Source: Mizuhopecten yessoensis
Taxonomy: Eukaryota
Length of the DNA: 64,000 nt
Assembly: GCF_002113885.1 (NCBI RefSeq)
Contig: NW_018408551.1
Location: forward strand, 328,033 to 392,032
Direction of reading: 5' to 3'
Position numbers and translations under genes: made by a program. Positions 47,501 to 61,358 of the stretch are shown here, piece after piece. Under the pieces are notes generated by a model. That model was not told the origin of the DNA and did no database searches. It saw only the letters and a list, made by a program, of their open reading frames with translations. Position 1 is the stretch's first letter. Each line of letters begins with the position of its first letter.

Positions 47501-50500
47501 GAGCTGCCATTTCAGCGCTCAAAGCTAGCATTTAACAATTCTAGCACTGCCCAACCACATACTCATTTACAGCTGAGTCGACTGAAACAAGTGGAGTAAA
47601 GTATCTTGCCCAAAGATACAACACAGTGACGTGCCGTGAATCGAACCTGCAACCCGTCCGTCACGAGCCCGGCGTCCTACCACTAGACTACCGTTTATTG
47701 AGCTTATCAACCTATCTAATGATGGTTAAAAAATGTCGTTGTATTGTAAATTTCAGTATAGTCGAAATATATCTATGTGAAATATATCTTTGTGAAATAT
47801 ATCTATGTGAACTAATATGAAACTGAATGCCACATTATTTCTTAAAAACTAAAGAGAATAGCTGAACAATCAGATCTTTCCAAACACACTCCTATATCTG
47901 CACAAAAACGATAACTAGTTTAATGAGTTAAATAAGTTGTAGTCTGATTCAAGCCGAGTTCGAACATTTTTGTTTTATCATGAGTTGAGTTGAAATCGGT
48001 CTGAGTCGATCTCCAACGTTATTGGTATGAGATATGGTTATAACATTAATAAGAATACATTGTAAATATGAAATAATCCAAAATTTGCTTTATAATCACA
48101 AATAACTACATACACACCTGATATACAGTAAAAGTAGACCGCCATATAATTTGTCCGAGCGATATATATCGAGGAGTTACAGGGCGTGTTGGCCCAGGCA
48201 ACGGGCGTCCATGAACACGTGGTTCGGCCATGACAGTTCTCAAAATAAGTATTCTTGTTGAAGCCATCGTACTCAAATCCACAGTCGCCAGTATCGTACT
48301 GACAGCATGACTCCGGGGTAGTCGCTGCACTGGTCATAACTTGGGGACAATTTGATGACAAAGGTTTCGCGTAGGCATACACGGAATCCATCACGATCCT
48401 CTCGTCATCGCCGGGACAGGAAGCCTTAATGAAATTGTCTGTAGTGATCCCATAGCAGGCGGAGTATGTGTGACGATACAGGCCCAACACACCTTGTGAC
48501 CAGTAACAAAAAGACGAAGAAATTTGTTCATTTCAAGGATTTGAAAAAAAAAAGTTTCGCTAAGATATATCAATACGAACATTATATGCTTATTTCATAT
48601 AAATAATGTCTTCATATATATTTTCCAAAGTACACTTCATGTTCTCACTGTCTTTCGTGTATTTTGTATAATGATTAACGACAGGGAAATGTTACACTTA
48701 TTTTGATTGTACGCTGTAAAATATTTTATGATATCAGCATCAATGTACGACTTTAGGAGAGTAGTGTTTACCTTTAGGATAAAGTTAAAAACGTCCAATC
48801 GGTTGTCTCACATTTCTATTAATCTCTGGCAACTGTAGTTAATTAATATATCAAATCATATGAAATGTTAAGCTTAGTTTGCTTAGCGTGGTTAAAAACA
48901 GAAACAATTGAGAATTTGAAGGGTTACAATATAAATAAGTTACAATATTATTTCCTTTAATTTCGAAAAAAACTAAATACAAAAATTAAGGTATTCCTTT
49001 TTAACCATTACACCATTGAGTAATTCAAATCGGGATGCCAGGCACCTAGCATATTGGAATATTTAAAAATATTCGTATTTTTGAAGCAAAACTATTAAGA
49101 AATCATCTAGATATCTCAAAAAATATTTTGTAAAACTTACAATATTATAGATGTTGTTTATTTTTGGACATTCAAAAAAATATTTATCTTCTTAATACCG
49201 AAGAACAAGTGTTGCCTGGGTAGCAGCAACCTTTGGACCCATTGCTTAACCTTTTACGTTGTTTATAATGAATATTATCATGAAACATATTGATTCCAAA
49301 ATAATTTTCAATGCTTAAACGATGAACTGTTTATCATTCCTAGACATGATTATAGGGAATATTGGTATACAGACTGATCAAAAGGTACCAAGTCTACAAT
49401 CCCTCTTGAAATGTCTTTCCATTTTGAGTGCTGTTGAAATAAATTTACTTTTGTGTATCTTAAAATAACTCGCACGATTTTCAAAGTCTGCAAGATATTC
49501 AATTTCCTTATCTTTAAAATTTCCGTTTTACTCTTTACAACACTCGAAATAATTCTATGTCAGAAGCGATTTCTTTTTAGAACTCTTGTCATAATAATCC
49601 TAAGCATCCATTACAACAACCATACCACCTTCTTCTGCCTCCTTTATTACGATGGATTTATCACTCATTAATTATTGTGAAATTTTATGTTATTTATACG
49701 ATAAATAATTCGTAGTCTAATCTTATTAAATTGATATGTATTTAGATATGATATTGATTTCTCACATATTGTGGCGGATTCCATTTGAAATGATTTTTGA
49801 CTAACAAGATTTAAGATTTATTTATTCACTCATGACACACAAAGTGACCAACAAAAGGTCAACATCTTAATACATCTCAGTTACAGTGGGTCATCAATGT
49901 CCGCCGGAAGAAGCCCAAGAACTGAGGCAGAAAGCTAACGGTCACTTGATGTGGTTTCTAACTATTTCCCCCTGAGGTTGATAGTGAGTACATAAAACCT
50001 ATATAATATTCAGCGTGAAATAATGATCACATCTTAACTGTTTACCAATGATTGATTTAATCTTTATTGAAAAAAGCAATAACATTATGACATACAATTC
50101 ATACACAATGTTTCAATCCAATGTCTTTGAAGATAATGTTTGAAAACAAATGCATTTCGCCAAGTATAACATTTCCTCTTTTGAAAACATGAATGTAAAC
50201 CAAGTATATCATTTTATGTGTAAAAGAATAATAAGATATCAAGCCTAAAATATATCGTCCTTAGAAAATTATTAAATACAAAGCATAACATATTAATTCT
50301 ATGCTGAACAGAATAATTAAATACCAAGCCTTTGCATATTTCTTAATGAAATACACTGATAATTTTCTGGGTTTGATGATAAAAAAAACCCAAAGTGACG
50401 TTTAGCGTGTAGTGTGAATATTTTGATATTTCTTACCAGAGCGTAGCACCAAACGAATGAAATGTATTTCTTGTTCACAAGTAAACCAAGAATATTCTAT

Positions 50501-51328
50501 TAACATTTTTTGTTGAAAATTCTTGGACTATCATGGAAAATGGTCAGTCTCTCATCACAAATGGTGTATTGTACCTTAACAATAAAACAAAACTAGGCCA
50601 CTATGAGGTCAGTATTTACAATGCCTATTACTGGTCATTCTATACAATAAATCCTGCGCTCTGCTCTCAATATCCGTCTCGGGTTCGCTTTTCACATGTT
50701 AGGCTGTGTGTTGAGATTTAATTGAGCCCTTAATAAAGATACTATCTGTAATATCATGACGTAATATGCGAAGTCGTATCGATTTCATAATCAGCTTCAC
50801 TGTTTATATGACTGTACCAGATCGTCTGATATGTTCATATTTTCATGAATACACTATTTTGGCATGACATTATAATATTGATATATATATATATATATAC
50901 GCAATAGCACCGTACCGTTTTTTGTTTCAAATTTCTGCTCGATTTACCGTGTACTCAACAGAAAATGTCTAAGCTTCGGCTACAATTCATGATGTGTCCG
51001 AGGTCTCACTTTGAAAATAGGTTACTTATACTTTTTCAGATTTTGATTTGACTATATTATCAAATCACAGTATCAGCCCTAACAGGTATAGTTGGGCGGA
51101 ATCTCCTGATCCCATTCTCCCCATTAGTGTTAAGGTCTCTAGTAGTTAAAGACGTTAGTCATTCCACATTACAGCACAAATACAGGATTACTATTAAACC
51201 TTACATTAGTTGATATATCTAGTTTGTGTATACTTAGATTTGTCTTATATTTGATAAACGTATAAAGAGGTATACTCACCGCTGATGCTGGCCACACATA
51301 CCACTATGTAAACACCCGTCCTATCCAT
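44545..51328 (-). CDS. Copy A: type-I membrane protein, signal peptide + SUEL/Gal-lectin-like + CUB-like + Thr/Asp mucin stalk + TM + Lys/His-rich tail (570 aa)
   Basis: Six exons with canonical sites and no stops: 51328-51280 (MDRTGVYIVVCVASISG), 48492-48118, 47135-46761, 46520-46086, 45458-45352 (PLWVIPLVVLVVLFVILIVLVLCKNR), 44916-44545. Total 1713 nt. Confidence 0.88.
46205..46420 (-). repeat. 63-bp coding tandem repeat (21-aa TSTDNTTDTTTVSTGNTTDIT) in copy A stalk
   Basis: tcagtggtgttgccagtggatac recurs at 46208, 46271 and 46334. Confidence 0.9.
47411..47693 (-). mobile_element. tRNA-derived SINE (CORE/Deu-like internal domains, LINE-like tail)
   Basis: Minus strand: ggtagtctagtggta (A box), ggttcgattc (B box), ttgggcaagatacttta, cagctgtaaatgagta, gctgtatgctcccc..ggagttgag, gtgaaccgctttgag tail. 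Confidence 0.75.
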
Positions 51329-53549
51329 TGACAATTGTACTTTAAACGTTTACTCAGTATTCGTATCCGTAAGCTGTTCACGTGTGAGATACCATCTCTG
51401 CTGTCAGTACATGGTGTATTGCATACCAAGACGTTCTGATCTCATACTCGGGTCTTCCCGTGTATATATATGACTGCAGCAGATCGTTTTTAGTGAGGTC
51501 ATTGTATCATGACTGCACAATCTCGTCATGATATTACAATATCTATTGTTCGTAAACCAGTACTTAATATTTGGTGAATGGTATTGTGTTACGTAATCAC
51601 AGAGGCAGAGGTAAAATATATATTATAACATATTTCGTCATGAAATAATTATTTTCGAGTAAATTCACAATAAGACAATTGTGAAGAAATACATTTCATT
51701 ACATTCAAAGAAGGAATAAAGCTGTTGATTTCATGAACTGTCTTTTGAAACATGTCATTTTTGTGTACTCACAAAATTTTCGTTTAATATCGAGTAATGT
51801 TACACGCTTGCGATAACCATGAACTATTGGAAGAAAGACCATATGCGTTCGTGTATTATTTTCCAACAGACCAACGCTCTTCCAAAAACCTCTCCCGCAA
51901 ATGTACCCGTACAAGTATTTGAAGATTGGCTATCGGACAGAAAAAAAATCTTCTTAAAACCTGTCAGGCTCACGGTCAGAATTTTCATAAAGTTACCACG
52001 AAGGCGACTTGAAATAATGTTTGTAACTCTGCCAAATGTTGATTAAATGTGTTGACGAGCGATGCCTCTAGATTGGTGGATTCGATTGATTGAAATAAAC
52101 ATCTGGCATAAAGCATGACGTTAAAGTTTATCGTTTATCGACTGTCGACCAAAGGGCGACTGCCAATGAAAAATCCTTCCCAAATATATCTAGGTTCCAT
52201 ACACAAAATATGCTCAGAGGGCCAGAATAAATAAAAACGAGCAGCTTATTATGAAATAAAGACATATAGGCATCACGCAGACATAAATCAGCACAGCTTA
52301 ATTTAAATTATAAGATTATTTATGCGAACTGTGTAGACACGAAAACGACTAGCATTACATTTTACTGGGTATAATAGATATAATTAACATACGTTTGTAT
52401 ATTATGGTAGAATATATAACTCGGGATTTGAAAATGTTGGAAAAATAATCAACTCGAGCCGCAACTGGAAGAATGAAAAATAACCGGAAAATCCTGGAAC
52501 TGATGTCTGTTGCAATTATCTCTTTGTCGGTGCTTCAAGACTTTTTTATTTCAGTTTTTGCCATAGGCACAAAAAGCAAAAACGGGATATTTTCTGAAGA
52601 TCCTTTTTGTTATCAACCCGGTTCTTTTAATATTTCTACTGGGAGATATCTTCAAAAAGAACCGGCTTTAAACCAATCGGTGAACGTGTACATTTATTTT
52701 TCGTCATCTAAAATTTCATACGCTTTTGATTTCCATTTGTTGAGAATATAAACGAAATGTTTAACATTTTTGAAAGTCTGGTTATAGTCTTTACATTATT
52801 CAAACGATGGAAAATGCATTTATGTCGAAATCAACAATAATTTTCCAGACAACCAACCGAAGTGCAACGCCCTTTTTCAGCAACGTATTACTTTTTCCAC
52901 AACGCGTGCCGATTTATAACTAGTTACAGGCAGAAGCTGTTTAATTTTATTTGGCATCAGTTACAAAATTTGAAATTCAATCCGGTGTTTCAGGATGGAA
53001 CAGTAATTGAGACAACATGACAATCTCAGTTACATCAAAGTATTACAATATTTTCTTCTTTTAATTTTATTTTTGCAACTAGCATCTCTATACATTTTCT
53101 TAGACTAATCGTCAAATATGTAATATGCATTTTTTTCTCTAGCAATTACCCAACAGTTTTTTCCCAGTTGTTATGTCGGTCTTAATATCATTAGAGTTTG
53201 TGTTTTATTGTTATTCCTCGACTTGCCAACTTTAAAAAGGGTTTAACTTATCGCATTCTGAAAGCAATATTCTGAATCAGTAAATATCATAGATCAACAA
53301 AAACTACGCTCTTTTAAGGCTTTGTCTTTTCATATTATTTCAAACAAAAAACAATTTACTTAGGCAGGTGTGAAGATTTTCCTATATCAAAAGTTAAGAT
53401 CTCAATATGACACTACAATAGATACCGTATATGAAAAATCCATCATAGCAGAATGAGAAATATTGGCGACGTTTAATTTGGCTGTTTGAAACTAAGAAAA
53501 TTTATTTTGGCGATCTCGATATAGATGTTGGCTGCCATTAAATTTCCTC

Positions 53550-53985
53550 TTATACAGTATATCTCAGCTGCTGTTATATAAATTGGCATTAAATTTTATA
53601 GGAATATCATGGGAAGGTAGTGTCTCCATCCTATAAAAGGTCACTGTGACCTCAACTGACCTTGATTACTAACATTGTGTTTTCCAGAGCATACATGTAT
53701 CTTAGCTGCTGTTTCAGGAATGGGCATCAAACTTTTTATACAGGTACATCTTGAGAAGGTGGTGTGTCGCATCATGAAACAGGGTCATTGTAGTCTAAAT
53801 TGTCAACTCATGTACTAAAATAATGGTTTTCAGTACTTTGTTTATAGCAGAGATATGGGAGATATACTTTATATTTAAAGTCAGATTGTTAAAGTAAGGG
53901 ATTCTATATTGCTATTATGGCCTTGACATCAACAGACAACGGTAGATCGGGGGCGGCGGCATACTGAGGCTTAATATTCAAGTTT
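53550..53985 (+). mobile_element. Degenerate HINE/pearl-like element
   Basis: Two ~140-bp units (tatct.agctgctgtt..ggcat.aaa.ttt..gaaggt.gtgt..ggtca.tgt) and a GC-rich 3' ggggcggcggcatac...caagtt end. Confidence 0.45.
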
Positions 53986-55930
53986 GGAGATTGTGAAAAT
54001 ATCCACCCTATAATAATATAGTTTACCAATTCTTTTCATACAAGTCAAAGGGATCTTCGTTTCTGGTTTCTATGTCAAAGAATGGTAACGGTTGCAATCT
54101 TACTATATGTTTGCCGAATATGAAAAGGCATTTAATAAATTAATGCAAATACGATTGCTTGTGGGCCTGTGCCTGATCCATTGGGACTAATAACATGTTA
54201 AAAGTAGAAACACCATTGCTATATAATTGCTGGGCATGAAGGGTGTACACATATGCTACCACAATGGTATCAAGGTTCAGCCCCCGACCCTGGGGATTTA
54301 GTACAGCGTCATAAAACTGAAATAGTTGATATTCTAACCCTTAGACCGTACATGGCCATACTGCAGTCCTTTAAAGAGAGAAAGAGAGGTATTACTATTT
54401 AAACCCTTTTTTCTGACAATTATATACAATTTCAATTCACTTGGATATATATATATTTGGTGACAATATAACATAATTGACAAAGGAAAACATAAATATT
54501 GTCTATACATTTGTTTTCATTGTTAAATTGATTTATTCATTTGGTTGCTGTTACAGACCAGGAGAATATCATATTATTTTATGTTTTGGTTAGCTTGTAA
54601 ACAACATAATGAACATAATAATCAAAAAGTGAACGGCAAAATGAAAACTTGGAGGATACAGATTTTACCACAGATTTTACCAGTGTATGGTAATTTTCCT
54701 GGTATGCAGTATTTACAATATATGATGCACATTACAAACATTTGTTTCAATATTCTTTTTACCATTCATGACTCTTAAGCATGAGTTAGTCACTCTTTTC
54801 ACCATAAACAAAATAAACGAGTAAATGAACAACAGCCTCACCAAATTTTACTGAGACGTACTCCATAAGGCCCAGTACTAAGACACACAAAACATGGGTT
54901 TAACATTTGTTTAATTGGGTATGCATATATTTTGAAGGTAGATATAAGAGTAGACGTTCTCTCATTTAATAACCACAATCAAACATACACTAAATGTATA
55001 AAGAAGTCCTAGGTAGTTTACCTAGAAAACTTGTCTATACTTAGTATTTCCACTGTGAAGGACAAAATTAACATTTGGGAAAAAGTCTGAGCATACAAAA
55101 CCCATTTTCAATAATGATCTTACTTGGATTCAATTTCAGTTTATGACGTCTTGTTAATACAGTATATAAATATAAATTAACTTTTACATTTATTCATTGA
55201 ATTGTCAGTGTTGATACATTTGTAAGGGCATCAGTAGTAATGTCACATATAAATAACTGACAGCAATGTTACAATTTGTGTAACTGCAGGTATTGGTAGC
55301 TATAGTCACAATATTCCATTGTAAGACGAGTACATAATACTACTGCTGTATAACAAGGCACGATTCACTGAGATTGATATACAATTGTTCTGGTATGCAG
55401 CCTTGAAAAGAAAGGATAAACTTATTCCCTTCAGTCTCCTTACAAAGTACAATATACTGAACTTGGTCACATATTACAGTTCTGACCAACTATATTGGAC
55501 ATTAGTTATTGCACTGTAGTTGAACTCCACTACATCAGAAAACATACATATTTATAATAATATTATGAAATACCACCTGTTGTCCACTGTGGGATGGAAT
55601 ACCTGTCTCACTGTCTGTTAAGCTATAACCCTCACCGACTAAAACTTGTCTGTTCAATATACTTGCTGGGATGTCTGAATTATACCATTAACAGTGACTT
55701 CTGCATATTATTTGCCACCAATTCCACAACAATTTTTGGAATATGATGCAACTGTGTATTTGTTTTTGTCCATACTTCGGGTAGCTTTTCCAGTCTGATA
55801 GTGCCCAAAAGGCCTCAATTATCCGCCAAATTCAACAATTGAAGACACTATTTAAGCTGACTTGTGTCCGATCAGGTTCCCGGTCACCAATCTTTATCAA
55901 GCTCTGCTTATCCTTGCTGTAAGGTTTCGG

Positions 55931-58900
55931 TCAGCCCATCTGTGCCTTGGTAGGCTCTATATGGTATAGGTTCACTTTCTGATCCCCTCCCACAGCCAGT
56001 ACTGGGTAGGTGTAGTGCCAACTCATCCCATAGGCCACTTGTTGGCTCGTACTCAAGGGAACCTGCAACAGATCCAGTACCAATGCAATCATACCTGTTA
56101 ATGGTTGTTTGTGCGTTTTGTTTGTTTAAGATTTGTCCAGTATTTTAATTGATGTCAAAACTAGAAATCAGAGTGTTGTTATTCTTAAGAGTCTTGGCAT
56201 AATGTTAACAGTGAATACTACTACAGCTTAATGAGAACCTGTGAACTTTCACCTGTTTATCGGAGAAAATTGAAGGGGAATTTATATAGCTTCAATTTGA
56301 CCATTGACATGTTTGCTTCTTGTTAATTTAATGTGTGTATATAATACCACAAAATTGATTTTAATATCAACGAACAATTGTTTGTAAAATTGGTCCAAAA
56401 AGACACTTTTGCGATTTATTGTTTTTCCAAGTGTTTTTTTTTAGTAAAACATGGCTTCTTTTAAGTACACTTTCAAAATGTCATCAAAGATGGCAGATTG
56501 TTTTGCTGTGCTTTTGTTTCACAGACATTCCAAATCTAATAAAGAAGATAAAAATTCAACCAGCCCATTTTGTTCATTTGAAATATGAAAAATAAAAAAG
56601 TGAATTATTTAAAAGAAAGAACATTTGTATATGGACAAGCCTGTTACAAAGAACTTTGACCTTCAGGCATAGAATGTTTCTGTATGTAGTTGTAAAAACT
56701 TTCAGGATGTTCATTACTTAAGAAAAATACACATTTGCAAAACTTCAACCAAGAAATCATGTGACCTTGACTTTTGACCTGCAGCATATACATGCAGACT
56801 TTGTGGTGACATTTAAATATGGCATGTAATATATCATCCCAGTCATAATTTGCAATAAATGAATGTTTTGAAAACCAAATTGAAGCAACTGATTTTGTAA
56901 TTTAAACCGTTAGGTCCTGCTGTTTTTCTATACCTGATGGTGCCTTGTGCTAAACACCTTGATCTGTCGTCCTGGTCGTCCTGTGGTGGCCAAAAGTATG
57001 GGTGTGGACTTTGCCCACCGAATGTCCCGTGCCCCTTCAGGGTGGGCTTGACGTCTTTCCTGCGGCTGACTATCACAAAATTATATGCTTTAATGAATAA
57101 TTATGAAAACATTATCATTTGTGAAAAGGAATGATATAACATTGATTTTAGGCTAAAACCCTTAAAACTGACACAAATTTTTCCACTCCAATGTATTGTG
57201 TTTTAGACAGATAATTACACTCATTATATGACCAACTGCCATTTGACATGACATGTCAGATTAGTTCATCATTTTGGTTATCTGTTACTAAGGTTATTGA
57301 TAGATAGCAATGCAACTGGACCACCAGAGAATGGGACCGATCCGCATGACAAAAAAACAACAACAAGTTTTTGAAACACAGAAGTACCTAGATCTTGATA
57401 GATAGAAGATAAGCCACTCTGTACCAGCCACCGCACAAATGACATCGTCGTCTAGCCTGCTCCAGTCGGCACTCATCAGTGGAGACTGGCAACAATCCAG
57501 AGACATGATCTGGAGTTGTAGGTCCATACTAAATATCTTTATGATGCCATCTTTCTGTGCCACCATCACCTACAATGAATTGAAATAGCGTATAGAGAAA
57601 TAGTCATTGTTTTCTTCCTGACAATTACATTGTACTGATTACCTGCTCCTCTATTGTGTTACAAATGAAAATCTGACTTATTACTGCCAATATATTACAA
57701 CCTACGTGTAGAAAAAGAGAGGTAAAGAGATAATTATGTACCAGTGGTGCTACAACACTGCAAAAAAAATACAGTTCTATATATACTACACAAATATCAA
57801 TGATGAATTAATTGCAAGTTTCACTTTCCACAGACTTTTGTCCATGCAAAAGTCTGGTCCAATTGTAATTATGTTTTTACGATTTCAAGTCATTGCTTGC
57901 TGAAAAATTGTTATCATTTCTCATTGGCTGATAGAATCACCCATAAAATATGTCTGAAAACGTAGTTTGAAGAAGCAGTACCAGCTTGTCTACTGAAAAG
58001 AGAATTCAATTTTCAACTGAAAGAGCTACAGTTGGCTATACAGAAATATATCACTGTGTACAATAAAGACATCCTGTAGTTGAATTACTGATAGGGTATG
58101 AAAATTCATTTCCCTATAGAAGTTGCCATTTTGGTTAAGAGCCCTTTACTGGTTACAAATATGAACAAGAGGCCCATGGGCCTTAACGGTCACCTGAGTC
58201 TACAGTATTTATTTTTGTTGTTGAAATATGTACNAGACTCATGCACTGAAAAAATCTCAAAGAGTGAGAGTTTGGGGAAAGTGAGATTAAAATTGAATAT
58301 TTTAGTGTAAAAGGATTGCAGTCGTACAAAATCATAGGGCCACTATGACCCCTGCTTCAAAAAACAGGGGACAGGGAATTTTGCAATATTGGAGATGGGG
58401 AAGGGGATAGGGGCATGCCTTAACAAATAGTGATATCACATATGTATGCTGTTTATGGTCTCACATCTGACATATGATCTATTACATTGATACTTGAATA
58501 ATTTTGTTGATGTTTTGTACATGTAAAGACTGGATAATAACTTTTGATTTTTTTTCATTTTGTCTGACACTTTTGTAATTCAAATTCATTTTTTGGAATT
58601 TCTTGATATTCTTTTAAAAGATAACCATCTGTTTTGATATTGCCATACACTTTATCCATTTCAAGATCCCAAAAAATTGAGAACCTCATTGTATATTGTG
58701 TAAACATTTGTACAGAGTAAGTAACATAACTCTTTTAGTCTAATTTGTCACTTTAATATCAAAGGCAACTTCATATGGTTCCAATTTCATGATGGTGGGC
58801 TAATCCACAATGATGCAGTGCTGATCATGAGAAAACACAGCAAGAAACTATCAATTACACTGTACAGATCTGCCAATCTTTGAGATTCAAAAATCGTAAT

Positions 58901-60940
58901 CAAAACTTGGGTAAAAAACATTTAGCATTATTGACAAAAAAAATCAGGTTTGAGTCATGTTTCACAAAGAGAGCATGTATATTTTGGAGAAACCCTAAGA
59001 TACTTCGTTCATAAAATGACCATACCTTGCCTGGTTCTCTTTCATGAATACACACAGACATTCCTGGAGCACCGAGCTGGAAGCTGGCATTGAGTTCATC
59101 CCCGACCCACAGCCTACAGGTCAAGTCATCACCAGTCGAGGCCAGAGTCTCTCCACTCTGGGGGTTGTAGGCCACAGAGTTGATAAAGTCAGTGTGGCCC
59201 TCTAGCAACTGGAAATAAATGGATATATGCTACTAAGAAAGCATCAAAGTTACTACAGTTTTATCTCCTTGTTGCTTGTCAAACTTTGTTCCAAATCAAG
59301 TCGAAGTTTAATCTAAATATATATATGTACCATGCTATTATGAAGTCATTGTCAGTTTAAGACCTACCTTTAGTTCACCTAATGGGCTCAAATAATGTCC
59401 ATAGATAAAAGTTTAACACATTCATGTATCATCTGTTTCTTTTATCATCTGAAATGAAAAGTTGTAAATGTTTCCTACCCACTGCCTGAAAAGGACCAGA
59501 TATTTGGAAACACAGCTTCTCTTGCCACATTTTGCCAATGGAAGCTCAACACCAATTTTTTTCCAAATGGCATACATGTATTTAAGAAGCAGTTTTCTAA
59601 AGATGTACATGTACCACTACACAGCTCTGTCAGTCTGGTCCCAGGAGGAAACATTGTTCAGTTATATACTTTATTCCATATAATGTACACTTTCATCTCC
59701 TCTATTGAGCAGGGATGTTTTCAAAATGTTAACATATTAAAGCTCTTATTATTCTGTAATGGACTAGTGAGGCCAACTGGCTATATGACATTTGGTCATT
59801 CTCTGGAAAGACCTTGTGGCAAAAAATTACCAAAAACTTTCATACTTTATGCCTTGAGTTGAATCTCAAATCTGGATGTAGAAAATTCCTATCCAGTTCT
59901 GTTGTACTTAAAAACAAACCTGTGGCTGTGAGACAATAGTAGTCGTCCCAACTAATGGTTTACTTGGCTGCAACTAAATTAATACAATCTGACCATGTTC
60001 TCAAACTGGGATTTAAACAATATCTTCACTTTTAAGAGTCAGATACAACCATCTCAACATTTTAGAACTAGAGATATGATAATGAGACTGAAGACGGCAG
60101 TTATGATCAAGACAAAGCATGTTAATACCAGTCATCTTCCCTATCAATGTTTAAACAAAATAGCCGGAGAAAGTCTGGTGTATGACAACATTTAAATACC
60201 TCTAGAGTGTCTTTCCCACGTAAATCTGACTCAAAAAGTTGAATTCTGTTGTTGGATCCAGCAACAGCAAATCTGAAAGTTAATTTAAAAAGACATTACA
60301 GATGTTAAAATCAAGAAATAGGAAAAACAATGTATACAATTTAAAAATTAAATAATATTATAAAATTAGTGTTTGCTTTTAAAACAACATTAAGTGGTAA
60401 TAGTTTCATCATGGTCCTTTAATGAGCCAGATGAATATTTATTAGAAATGTTGTCTACAAGAAAAAGCATACTGATACATTGCTCTTTTACTGGTGTGCA
60501 AGTTGAAGTTTGTAAATTATATATCATACTCTAGTTTTGTCTGTTTCTTATAATACACATTTGCATAAAGCCACATGCACTAATTAATGTAAGAAATAAT
60601 TTTGACACAGAACAGACTCAGGCCTCAGTACACATAGACACCCAATACATGGCACAAATTTTGATTCAAGCCAGCCAATGTCACTACGTTTGTGACTTAG
60701 ATTGTAAATAGTTTACAACCATACTACCTTACCTCCACTACCATTGCATGTTAGGGTTGAAGAATAAATTTATTACAAAGTTTAACTTTAATTGGAATAG
60801 ACTTCTTGCCTTAAACAGTCTGCCACTTCCCGAGACTGATACGATGTTTCTGGGCTCCATGATATAGCGGTCACTCTACACCCATTTTGAAAATCCCGCA
60901 CTTGTTTAAACACGAATTGATCACCATCCTCAGCTTCATC
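55931..60940 (-). CDS. NUP37: Nucleoporin Nup37 (WD40); first coding exon outside window
   Basis: Exons 60940-60810 (..RVTAISWSPET..), 60272-60200 (FAVAGSNNRIQLFESDL), 59208-59026 (LEGHTDFINSVAY..LASTGDDLTCRLW..PGMSVCIH), 57569-57388 (MVAQKDG..SPLMSADW..AVAGTEWLIF), 57069-56934 (IRWA..LATTGRPG), 56062-55931 (GMSWHYTYPVLAVGGDQKV..*). Phases are consistent. Confidence 0.95.
58164..58233 (-). mobile_element. 3' terminus of a HINE/pearl-like element cut by a single-N gap
   Basis: aacaagaggcccatgggccttaacggtcacctgagt: palindrome plus subterminal repeat resembling the reverse complement of 13116-13151; N at 58234. Confidence 0.55.
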
Positions 60941-61078
60941 CTGAAATATCAAAAAAAATGTAGGAACTAGGAAATAAAGGAAACCAAATGATAGAAGACC
61001 CTGGTGATACGCTTTGGAAGATTAGAATTCTACAATGTTGTAATGTGTTCTGGCTGTAGTTTCACGAATGTTCCTTAT

Positions 61079-61358
61079 CATAGACATCATCTTATAATTT
61101 TAAGAGACCGAATATTCAAATAAACTGACAACAATAATAGACAGATTTATATATATTCTATATTAGTTTCCTTTTTTGATGATAAACACATTACAGTCTC
61201 CTTTTAATGTACATTGATTAGACATAGACATCATCTTATAATTTTAAGAGACCGAATATTCAAATAAACTGACAACAATAATAGACAGATTTATATATTC
61301 TATATTAGTTTCCTTTTTTGATGATAAACACATTACAGTCTACTTTTAATGTACATTG
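61079..61358. repeat. ~140-bp tandem duplication in NUP37 intron
   Basis: 61079-61216 repeated at 61223-61358 with a 2-nt indel and about one substitution. Confidence 0.9.
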
